Positions 55,331 through 64,000 of a DNA stretch of 64,000 nucleotides are shown here, piece after piece (the stretch's first letter is position 1; every line of letters begins with the position of its first letter). The stretch is from a bacterium (lineage in GTDB: Bacteria > Hinthialibacterota > Hinthialibacteria > Hinthialibacterales > Hinthialibacteraceae): contig CAXXMV010000006.1 of assembly GCA_963662285.2 (NCBI GenBank), forward strand, positions 1,056,001-1,120,000. Direction: 5' to 3'. The translations under genes and the position numbers were made by a program. The notes under the pieces were generated by a model. The model searched no databases. It had not been told where the DNA came from and was given only the letters and a program-made list of their open reading frames with translations.

Positions 55331-57412
55331 TCAAAACCGATACGTCAGTTTGCCGTATACGCCGCGCGGGACTTCGGAAGCGAAATGCCAATATGCTGAC
55401 AATTCTTCTCGATGGCGGTCATCCAAAATATTATGCGCTGCAATGCTCATTTCCAAATTTTGGGTAGGTTTCCAACCTAATCGCATATCGAAGCGAGTAT
55501 AAGCTGGAATATCTTGACGATTATCGACAAAATAGAGAGAGGCGTCTAATTCCAAATCCCACGGAAGGTCAAGATAGGAATGGAATTTAATTTGATTGTG
55601 AGGGAAATTAGTCTCTCTCCCATCATCATCTCCTAAAAGAAAGCCGCCGGGCGCCATATGCCATTCAAGATCCAATGCTGCGTAACTGGCTAATAAACGC
55701 CAATAATCAGTTACCTTTGAATCAATAACAAACTCCACGCCGTATGTCTCACCATCCATACTATTTGAATATGTATATTGTAATTCATAATATGGGGGTG
55801 GGCCTGCACGTAAAACCGGATCGAGAGTATCCGCTGTCCACAGATCATTATCATTTTTATAAAATGCCGTCAAATCAAACGAGAATCGTTCATTTAGCCG
55901 AATTCGTTGACCGATTTCAAACGATTGAAAATTCTCGGATTTCTTCATTGGGTAGTCAGATCCAAAAAAATAAATCGGAGGCAAAGCAGGATCATAGGGA
56001 TTTTCAAAACATAATATACCATAATACGCTCCCTCTTCTGATCGGCTGGGAATTCTTACGGCGCGTGAAACAGAAGCCCAGGTTGTATAGTTTTGATTGG
56101 GTGTATACGCCAGCCTTGCCGATGGTTGAAACTCAAAGCCAGTGTAATCATTATGCTCAAGTTTAGCGCCTATAGTAAAATCAATATCTTCGCAAATGTT
56201 GATCGTATCTTGTAAAAAGGTCGAAATGAGTTGCGGCGTATCAGGTTTTGGATGAAATTCGATAAATTTATTAGTATAATCATCAAATAAAACACGGTAA
56301 TTAATGCCTATGATGGCATCGTGATGTGGGAAAGGACTAAAGCGATACTGGCCATCAAGATCAAAAATATGAGATTCGAAGCCAAACATTATATCAAAAT
56401 CGTACGCGAAATAATCGTAATAGATCTGTAATTTTAAGTCGGAGTCGTCTTGAAGGCTCTTATCCCAATTCAATAAAAAACTAACGGCTTCCTGATTCAC
56501 GCTAACGCCATGATAATCAATTCGATAAGGTGGTCCAATCACTGGACGTGTTGTGGAATTATGATTCAAACCGTTTAATGCGTTTACCTGAAACATAAAT
56601 GCGTCGTCATCAGTAGGATTCCAATCAAATCTAAATCCGGCTTGTTCCATGTTCCAATCATCATGTGCATCATTACCTAACTCATCTTTGAATTCGTCCA
56701 CATCCCTGTATTTACCGTAAACGCGATAATACAAGTCCTTGTTAATTGCTCCTCCATATCGTACGCCGCCTCCAATTTCGTTAGTTCCTCCCAATATGTT
56801 GAGAAATCCACCTTGAGTTTCTTTGGCATGCTTTGTAATAATATTTATAACGCCATTTACTGCATTTGACCCCCATAAAGTCGCGCCCGGTCCACGAATG
56901 ACTTCAATTTGTTCGATATCTTCCAAAATGTAGTCTTGCGCGTTCCAAAAAGTGCCTGATAGTACAGGACTATACACAGAACGCCCATCTATCATGACCA
57001 ATAAATCTCTTGTTAAGAGCCATGTGTAACCACGCGAGCCGATCGTCCATGTATTTGCGTTCATATTACTGACGAGAAAGCCGGGAACCATACGCAAAAG
57101 ATCAGGTATGGTAGTGATACCTGAGCGGCGAATTTCCGTCGAAGAAATGACATACGCAGCAGCAGGCGTTCCCCACAACTTATCTTCTTTCTTGGAGGCG
57201 CTATAGATATAGACAGGAATATCCCCCAGTTCATCGATATCGGTCAGAAGAAGTTCCTTTAAACTCTCATCAGAAGAACTTTGAGATTCTTGAGCAAAAC
57301 ATTGAAAGAGTAACATGGATGATAATGAAAAGAGAATAAAAAAATATAATACAGAATATCGAATTGATGCCGCGTAAAAAGACATCTCATTCTGTTTTTT
57401 TGAATTGAGCAT
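55331..57412 (-). CDS. TonB-dependent receptor, array copy 1 (most divergent)
   Basis: Likely start 57412 (GGGAGAAGAGAT-ATG); SASKK...TPAAAYVISSTEIRRSG; IEQIEVIRGPGATLWG; ends KLTYRF. Confidence 0.92.
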   Translation of the reverse strand: MLNSKKQNEMSFYAASIRYSVLYFFILFSLSSMLLFQCFAQESQSSSDESLKELLLTDIDELGDIPVYIYSASKKEDKLWGTPAAAYVISSTEIRRSGITTIPDLLRMVPGFLVSNMNANTWTIGSRGYTWLLTRDLLVMIDGRSVYSPVLSGTFWNAQDYILEDIEQIEVIRGPGATLWGSNAVNGVINIITKHAKETQGGFLNILGGTNEIGGGVRYGGAINKDLYYRVYGKYRDVDEFKDELGNDAHDDWNMEQAGFRFDWNPTDDDAFMFQVNALNGLNHNSTTRPVIGPPYRIDYHGVSVNQEAVSFLLNWDKSLQDDSDLKLQIYYDYFAYDFDIMFGFESHIFDLDGQYRFSPFPHHDAIIGINYRVLFDDYTNKFIEFHPKPDTPQLISTFLQDTINICEDIDFTIGAKLEHNDYTGFEFQPSARLAYTPNQNYTTWASVSRAVRIPSRSEEGAYYGILCFENPYDPALPPIYFFGSDYPMKKSENFQSFEIGQRIRLNERFSFDLTAFYKNDNDLWTADTLDPVLRAGPPPYYELQYTYSNSMDGETYGVEFVIDSKVTDYWRLLASYAALDLEWHMAPGGFLLGDDDGRETNFPHNQIKFHSYLDLPWDLELDASLYFVDNRQDIPAYTRFDMRLGWKPTQNLEMSIAAHNILDDRHREELSAYWHFASEVPRGVYGKLTYRF

Positions 57413-57761
57413 ATCTCTTCTCCCATGAAATAAAGGATAATAAACATTAACATAAATCAATCGATAGATAAATAGAATATATGTTTTTGGAATAGTAATA
57501 ATAATTTGATTTAATTTAAAATTGGATGAGAATCATGAAAATTATCTGAAAAATAAGTTAAATTCTATTCATTTCATTTCCCTTAAGTCATGTAATAATA
57601 GATTCTTATATGGATAAAGTAGTGAAAAGCCGGGTTGCAGCCATTATTTTGATTAAACGAACTTCTGGGGGTAGGTTGGAGCGCAAAACGGCCTCTACGC
57701 AAATAGTCCACTGCTGCATTCAACCTGCCAGGATAATCTGCAGTTTAGAGCGTTTGTCAAA

Positions 57762-57840
57762 ATTATGTTCATTTCTTATTCTGATGCGGCGGGGCGATTC
57801 TTTTCCCTGTCTCTGGATGAAATTCATTAGGCAATGCTTT
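57762..57840. repeat. Imperfect ~80-bp direct repeat of 60704..60780 (transposase relic)
   Basis: Shared core ttattctgatg-ggcggggcgattcttttccctgtctctggat. Confidence 0.7.
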
Positions 57841-58282
57841 GGATGGAGGGATATCCTTGGTTTCTTTGATCCATAAGTCCTCTATTCTGCACGCACGTTG
57901 CTGACAAACAGTGGTTCAGCGGCGAAAGCGCAAAATGACAAAAAAAGGAATCCTATCAATAAGATAGTTCTCAAATACATCAAGCGTGATCAGGCTATAG
58001 TAATACTCCGAACATGGTTTGAATAATTGAATATAAGCAATCTCAAAAAGTATTAGGCCCCTGATTAGAACTATCAGTCATTTATCTTATCAGAAGATAT
58101 GGCTTCTTGAAAAGACTACTTAAATATTTTAAAAAACCGTAGACTTCTCAATTTATTTCTGGAACAATATGCAATGATTCATGAAGACTCTAACCGCAAC
58201 AGGTAGTTAGATAACGTAATCCATTCTGTTTGGAAAGACATCATAACTCATCTAATCTCAACGAAGACAGAATTTTTCGGGA

Positions 58283-60523
58283 GTGTCGGATGATATGAAC
58301 ACTCAAAACAAGCAATCTAAACGGGAAAACCTATCGTGGATCGACGATTTTTGGGGCGGATTGGCCGCTATGCTGGTGGCCTTGCCTTCCGCCATCGCCT
58401 TTGGGGTTCTCGTTTATACGGCGCTGGGTTCTGAATACGCCGGGCAAGGAGCTATGGCTGGTATACTTGGTGCGGCTGCACTCGGTATTACAGCGCCGTT
58501 GTTTGGACGCACGGGTGGATTAATTTCGGCGCCCTGCGCACCAGCCGCCGCAGTTCTTTCGGCACTGGTGGCGGGGCTTATGACCGAAAATTACGGGAAT
58601 GGCTTTGATGCTGACAGCATTATCGCTCTGATGGCGTTGACCGCCTTGTTCTCGGCGGGTCTGCAAATCTTCTACGGCGCCATCGGTGGGGGACGGTTAA
58701 TCAAGTTTATTCCCTACCCGGTAGTTAGCGGCTATCTATCCGGGGTGGGGGTGCTTATTGCCCTGGGACAGCTCCCCAAGTTATTTGGTCTGGCAAAAGG
58801 AACACCGCTCATTCAGGGATTGATCTCCCCGGAACTTTGGCAATGGCACGGGCTGGTTGTTGGACTTGTCACCATGACGGTGATGGCGATCGCGCCACGC
58901 ATTACGGTAAAAGTACCTGCCGCCATTCTTGGCCTCCTAAGCGGTTTACTCGCCTATTTCGTACTCGCCTTTTTTTTTACGAATCTTCTAGAAATACAGA
59001 ATAATCTGCTTATTATTGGTCCGATCCAAACTTCAGGTTCATTTTTTGACGTTGTAGCCGATCGTGCGAAATCACTGTTGTCGATTAATCTCATCTCTGT
59101 CCAGCTTGTTATCATTCCGGCTCTTACCCTTTCGGTTCTCTTGTCCATCGATACGTTGAAGACTTGCGTGGTGCTCGATGTTCTGACCCATAACCGGCAT
59201 AAATCAGACCGTGAACTCATGGGTCAAGGGATTGGCAATCTTATGGCCTTTTTGTCAGGTGGTATGCCCGGTGCGGGAACGATGGGACCGACTCTGGTCA
59301 ATGTGACCAGCGGCGGCCGCACTCCGCGCTCTGGTTTTCTTGAAGGCGCATTTGTCATCCTAGCGCTCCTGCTCCTTGCCCGGCTGATCGCCTGGGTGCC
59401 CATTGGCGCTCTTGCTGGAATTCTGTTGATTATTTCCTTCCGAATGTTTGACTGGAGTATGTTCCGGCTGTTGCGCTACTCCACCGGGCGCTTGGATTTT
59501 GCGGTCATCGCCGTCGTAATTCTTGTCTCCGTGACCGTGGACTTGATCGCGGCTTCCGGAGTCGGCATCGGTCTCGCTATCCTCTTGTTTATCCGGGATC
59601 AGATTAGGGGATCCGTCATCCGCCGTAAGATGTATTTGAATCAAACTTCTTCCAAAACCCGTCGTCTGGCGGCAGAGCGTACGTTGCTCAACCAATATGG
59701 AGACCAAGGAGTTTTTTGCGAACTGCAGGGCAATCTTTTTTTTGGCACCACCGATCAACTTTTTTCTCAATTAGAGTCGGATTTGCAAACAAGACAATTC
59801 ATTCTCTTGCACTTACACCGCGTGCAATCGATCGATTACACGGCGGCGCATCTATTTAAGCAGATGCATTCGCAATTGGCAGAGCGCGGCGGGCGGCTCT
59901 TGTTGAGCGGCATGTCTTCCGTTCTGTTTGACCAGCATGACTTCGAGTATTACCTGATCCAACTGGATACTGATAATGATCACGGCGTTTTAGTTATGGA
60001 AACACTCGACAACGCCTTAGAATGGATTGAAGATAGCATTCTGGAAACGGCGGGAGCGCCAAAAAAAGACGAGGAGCGGTTGCTTGAACTGAATGAGTTT
60101 GACCTGTTCCGCGATTTCGATGAGAAAATAATGAGTGGGATTTCTGCTTGCATGCACGAGTTAAGCGTTAAAAAGGGACAAAAGATTTTCTCCGAGCACG
60201 ACCATGGAGATGAGATTTACCTGGTTCGCCGGGGCAGCGTCCGTATCCTTTTACCCCTGGAAGGGAAAAGGCGCTTTCATGTTGCCACTTTTGGTCAAGG
60301 AGACTTTTTCGGCGAATTGGCCTTTCTTGATTGCGGCGTCCGCTCTGCCGATGCCGAAGTAAAGGTTGATACTGATCTTTATGTACTCTCCCGCCCGCGT
60401 TTCGACGTGCAGGCGCAGTCCGATACTGATTTTGGTGTTAAAGTTTTCGCCCGGCTGGCTCTAGAAATTGCTCATCGTCTTCGTCAGACCGATGTGGAAC
60501 TACAAGCGCTTGAGGAGCGTTAA
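58283..60523 (+). CDS. SulP/SLC26-family anion transporter with STAS and cNMP-binding domains
   Basis: GGLAAMLVALPSAIAFG; KFIPYPVVSGY; RELMGQGIGN; LQGNLFFGT (STAS); FFGELAFLD...RSAD (cNMP). Start may be 58295. Confidence 0.92.
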   Translation: MSDDMNTQNKQSKRENLSWIDDFWGGLAAMLVALPSAIAFGVLVYTALGSEYAGQGAMAGILGAAALGITAPLFGRTGGLISAPCAPAAAVLSALVAGLMTENYGNGFDADSIIALMALTALFSAGLQIFYGAIGGGRLIKFIPYPVVSGYLSGVGVLIALGQLPKLFGLAKGTPLIQGLISPELWQWHGLVVGLVTMTVMAIAPRITVKVPAAILGLLSGLLAYFVLAFFFTNLLEIQNNLLIIGPIQTSGSFFDVVADRAKSLLSINLISVQLVIIPALTLSVLLSIDTLKTCVVLDVLTHNRHKSDRELMGQGIGNLMAFLSGGMPGAGTMGPTLVNVTSGGRTPRSGFLEGAFVILALLLLARLIAWVPIGALAGILLIISFRMFDWSMFRLLRYSTGRLDFAVIAVVILVSVTVDLIAASGVGIGLAILLFIRDQIRGSVIRRKMYLNQTSSKTRRLAAERTLLNQYGDQGVFCELQGNLFFGTTDQLFSQLESDLQTRQFILLHLHRVQSIDYTAAHLFKQMHSQLAERGGRLLLSGMSSVLFDQHDFEYYLIQLDTDNDHGVLVMETLDNALEWIEDSILETAGAPKKDEERLLELNEFDLFRDFDEKIMSGISACMHELSVKKGQKIFSEHDHGDEIYLVRRGSVRILLPLEGKRRFHVATFGQGDFFGELAFLDCGVRSADAEVKVDTDLYVLSRPRFDVQAQSDTDFGVKVFARLALEIAHRLRQTDVELQALEER

Positions 60524-60681
60524 AGCACGTTTTCCGGCTTTCCTGGATCACATTGTTTTAGCCAGCGGCGTCCACTTTGACAATTCCGGAAGTATAAAAA
60601 AAATCTCCTTCTAGTGAACCTATCATAGTACGAAAAGAAGGAGATTAAAATAACATATTAGAACTTAAATATTTTCGTTGG

Positions 60682-61447
60682 TTATGCAAATTTTATAGAG
60701 AAGATTATGCTCTTTTTTATTCTGATGAGGCGGGGCGATTCTTTTCCCTGTCTCTGGATAAAATCCATGTGCAACGCTTTATCGGCCATGCGGATGCGGG
60801 GACGCCAGCCTTTCAATATTTTCTGGATGCCCGTGTAATGCTTGGTGTGAGGATCGTAGTAGAAATCCCGTTGCGCGGGAGCGTCAACCTCGTTGGCATT
60901 GAAACGCAGCAGTTGTTCAACGGTGTCCGTGGTTGACAAATATCCCAATTGAACCCGTTGGCCATGTACGGATCGCTTCCCCCGAAAGCGTGTGATTAAA
61001 TATCTGTTCGATTTCCTGTCGCATGCGCTGGCTGTAATTATATTTGGTTTCCTGGTAGATGACGTGAAACCTCATGCGGATTTAGGATTGGATAGACGGC
61101 GTCGATTTTTTGCGTGAGCTGCGGCCAGCCAGAACTCTGGACAATTCATCGTGATCGCCTTTTTTTAAGGCGTCGCCCCACCGCTTCATGGTTTTGGGAT
61201 CGATCCCGAAAACTTGATGCAAGACCGTCGTTTTCAGTTTGGCGTTATAGAGCCGGGCCACCATCAACTTATATTGAACATGCTCCCGGTCATCCGGGAT
61301 GGTCTCTAATATTAATGCGCTAAAATAGACATGCAAAATATTATTTTCTGCATCTTTATAAACGCTAAATACCGGATTTCTTTTATCAACGCCTAAGATG
61401 GCTTGCAATGAGTGGGAATAATGAATCATAAAATCCTCCCTTTCCAA
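60682..61447 (-). pseudogene. Fragmented transposase (IS relic): N-terminal HTH piece 61082..61447 and internal piece 60682..60948
   Basis: RLYNAKL...VFGIDPKTMKRWGDAL helix-turn-helix; FYYDPHTKHYTG...ILKGW...DKALHMDFI segment; reading frame broken and shortened. Confidence 0.7.
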
Positions 61448-61565
61448 GTTGTTCTTTACGAGAAGATTTTATGGGATATGCAGATTTATGTAAATTTTAC
61501 CTATTTATCAGGATTTGTTTTTGCGATTTTTAGGGGGGATTTTTAGGCTATTTAGTGAGTTCTGA

Positions 61566-61823
61566 AACTGGAAAAACAATGTTGAGCCGAATAATTCCTT
61601 TAACCGCTGCAATATATACGGCGTAAAAAATGCTCCGGAAGGATTTATAGAATGGTGCAAATTCCGCGGCAGTGTTGAGATAAAAACCGATGTAGAATGG
61701 GGAAAATACAAAAACCCCTTAACTCCGGCGCCGGATATTATGAAATTTCAACCTGAAACTTCTATTGATGTTAAGGTAATGATTAAAGAGATTAATGAGC
61801 AAGAAACAATCAGACCGCATTGA
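61566..61823 (+). pseudogene. Start-less 3' gene remnant next to the IS relic
   Basis: 85-codon open frame NWKNNVEP...CNIYGVKNAPEGFIEWCKFRGSVEI...RPH*, no initiation codon at its 5' end. Confidence 0.4.
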
Positions 61824-61936
61824 GTTAAAGTGGTTTTCAAAACAACGGCCCTAGTTACAATCCGCAGAAGCTAATAAAAAAATTGGTTTCTGCGGATATT
61901 ATAGACGTTATCAACCGAAAAAAAATCAGGGAATCT

Positions 61937-62197
61937 CTATACAAGAAATAGGAAACCGATGATAGCGATTGCCCACCAAAGAAAACCTTCAACAGCCTTA
62001 TCCAACAACCAGAAATAGATTAATGAAATAATAAATACGATAGGGCAGTAAAATATTAATTCCTGAAATGGTATGCCAGCGAAAAAACTCAATACAAATA
62101 CAAGTAAAGAATAGATTAATGCGCACCAATAAGGTTTCATATCACGCATTAGTTGAATTAACGCGCTGATAATCACTATTTTTAGTAGAAGAATCAT
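61937..62197 (-). CDS. Small integral membrane protein
   Basis: 86 aa, almost wholly hydrophobic; RBS AAGGA. Confidence 0.6.
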   Translation of the reverse strand: MILLLKIVIISALIQLMRDMKPYWCALIYSLLVFVLSFFAGIPFQELIFYCPIVFIISLIYFWLLDKAVEGFLWWAIAIIGFLFLV

Positions 62198-62418
62198 GAT
62201 CTAATATTGTCCTTTTCATCAATTCAACATTATTTTTATTCTCAACGAGTAAATCGGTAGATATATATTTAAATAGGTTGAACCGAATAGTAAACGCTTC
62301 TTCTCAATTGCGTCCAAGATAATTCGCTTTATAGAAAGGCTGATAAGGGAGAGATTTCTCTTCAGAATCAATAAGCCTACTACTGAAGTCAATCATGAAT
62401 TATAAATTTTCAATCAAG

Positions 62419-62452
62419 ATGCAGGGACGAACCAATGCGTCCGTCCCTGCAT
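62419..62452. repeat. REP-like palindrome or terminator hairpin
   Basis: ATGCAGGGACG-N12-CGTCCCTGCAT. Confidence 0.5.
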
Positions 62453-62586
62453 TATTGTATTACCAGTTATCTCAACTAACGGCTTTATGGGCTTTGGTTA
62501 TGGCGTCGATTACGCGGTTGTTCATTTCCCGGGTGAATTTTGGTCCTATCCTGACTTGTACGAAGGTCGGGCTTTATCATATTATA

Positions 62587-63990
62587 CTATTCTATGAATT
62601 CAAGAATCCCCCATGAAAATGGCTGGTTCCACCTAAAGGTTTGTCCAGCCCATGACCAACCTTTACTTCTAATATAATCAACAGGCTCGATCAGACAAAC
62701 ATTAAAACGAATTTCATGACCTACAGCCATGCTTTTTACGGGTAAGTATTTTGTTTCAATAAGAACCTCAACCAACATACTGTTTCCAAGAGGTTTGCCC
62801 TTGGCTAAGCCAACAATTTGATTGCTGTTGTTTACTACACGGGCTTCTTTTCCTTTCTGTTCTTTTGGAAAATATACAGAATAAATTGGATTTTGTGGAG
62901 ATGCTAATAAAGCACTCGATTCAGTAGAAAGCATTACTATAAATCGGTCGCACATCCAATCATCTTTTGATGATCCAGGATTAGGCGACTTTTTTGTAAA
63001 CTCAAATGAAATATATAATCCTTTGTCTGTCAATAATATATTTACATCTCTTTTTTCTCTATCATTGGTTTCACGTATCACATGATCAGAACCTTTATAG
63101 CCTTGTTGCATTACAAGAGAGGCGCTATTTAACCAATCATCAATATTTCCATCTATAATAGGATCGTTATGGCTTCTTCTAATTTTCAAACGGGGGATAG
63201 AAGACATAAAATAATGATTTTTAAGAATGTTCGCTAATGGATGTTTCCAGATTCTTCCAGGTTCATTGGTCATAACAAGGTCATCACCATCGAAACAAAT
63301 GGCTTCACTCTGCCCTAAAACTGCATATATGAAGTGTGTAATAGGATTCAGCAAGTCGCTTTCTTTTTCTACATCGTAGATACCAATCCCATCGTATGTC
63401 ATTACAGCGAGTTTCTTGTTTTGAGATGAATATGATGCGCCCGTTACAACACTTGGTATATTTATTTCTCCAATTTTCCGTAAGTAATTTGTTTCCCCTT
63501 CGACGCAAGCATCTAAACAAAAAATCTCTTGCTCCTTACTGTTTTGACTATTCGTCTCCACTTTAGTAATAATATAAATTTTACAGTTCATATAAAAAAC
63601 AGCTTCGCAGTTACGTGGTTTTTGATCGGGATAACACACGTCAAATGTCTTGAAATTTGTGGTTTTATCTATGTTTTCTGCTAGTGGTGAGAGAATATGG
63701 ATTTGAATATATTTTCGTTGAGAACGGTTATCACCAAAATCGGCAATGTAAATATTGCCCTCATCATCTTTGGCCATTCCTTCCCAATCCATTTTTTCCG
63801 GGCGTCCTTCCAGACCTAGCTGTTTTATCCTCTCAGGTTTATACAAATTTGGCGCATCTTCATCAGGCAATCCATTTAAATGAACAACCTGCAAAATGTT
63901 TCCCTGAAGGTCAAAGCGAAAGATATATGGAAAATGATCATTGATCCCCCAATATTCATATGTTTTATGGGCAGGTATAATTCCAGACAT
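62587..63990 (-). CDS. Beta-propeller (SdiA-regulated/phytase-like) plus CBM9/DOMON-like domain protein; probably truncated at its 5' end by the window edge
   Basis: DWEGMA...IYIADFGDN, NCEAVF, QSEAICF..LVMTNE; PIIDGNIDDW; frame stays open to position 64000. Confidence 0.65.
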   Translation of the reverse strand: MSGIIPAHKTYEYWGINDHFPYIFRFDLQGNILQVVHLNGLPDEDAPNLYKPERIKQLGLEGRPEKMDWEGMAKDDEGNIYIADFGDNRSQRKYIQIHILSPLAENIDKTTNFKTFDVCYPDQKPRNCEAVFYMNCKIYIITKVETNSQNSKEQEIFCLDACVEGETNYLRKIGEINIPSVVTGASYSSQNKKLAVMTYDGIGIYDVEKESDLLNPITHFIYAVLGQSEAICFDGDDLVMTNEPGRIWKHPLANILKNHYFMSSIPRLKIRRSHNDPIIDGNIDDWLNSASLVMQQGYKGSDHVIRETNDREKRDVNILLTDKGLYISFEFTKKSPNPGSSKDDWMCDRFIVMLSTESSALLASPQNPIYSVYFPKEQKGKEARVVNNSNQIVGLAKGKPLGNSMLVEVLIETKYLPVKSMAVGHEIRFNVCLIEPVDYIRSKGWSWAGQTFRWNQPFSWGILEFIE

Positions 63991-64000
63991 CCCATGAACA

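Noticed and set aside
46645-55502. Recurring plus-strand ORFs beginning MISDSSSIS / MISPSSSIS
   Set aside because: These are antisense products of the repeated receptor junctions and have no independent coding signals.
44745-57412. Receptor array as integron cassettes or a shufflon
   Set aside because: The spacers show no attC-like palindromes or inverted recombination sites, all copies are co-oriented, and no integrase or invertase is present.
57610-57876. 88-aa plus-strand ORF
   Set aside because: It overlaps the degenerate transposase-derived repeat and has no recognisable protein features.
1-64000. CRISPR array or cas genes
   Set aside because: No regularly spaced short repeats with unique spacers and no cas-like ORFs were seen.

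Overview
Bacterial chromosomal window, probably from a diderm, flagellated lineage rich in sulfatases and secreted proteins; the taxon cannot be established here. The left part holds a cobalamin riboswitch, a nitronate-monooxygenase-family gene, a PGRP/amidase_2-like lipoprotein lacking its Zn ligands, a HAMP-PAS kinase, amrS, tRNA-Leu(CAG), a large modular secreted protein, an RND efflux operon, Tat-exported carbohydrate enzymes, an unannotated 30-aa Lys-rich micro-ORF, and very large flgK/flgL genes behind a sigma54-type promoter. The most striking element is a ~22 kb co-oriented minus-strand locus (57412->35595). It has six tandem paralogous TonB-dependent-receptor genes with divergent bodies but patchwork near-identical junctions, followed by a YfiR-family protein and a CHASE8-like/HAMP histidine kinase. 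Downstream is a relay with receivers, an HD-GYP phosphodiesterase and a kinase whose sensor looks like two tandem MotA/ExbB-like membrane modules. I infer an outer-membrane receptor array wired to a YfiR-type trans-envelope c-di-GMP pathway; this is a hypothesis from gene order and motifs. The right end has a SulP-STAS-cNMP gene between transposase relics and several gene remnants. All family calls are by eye, with no database searches.
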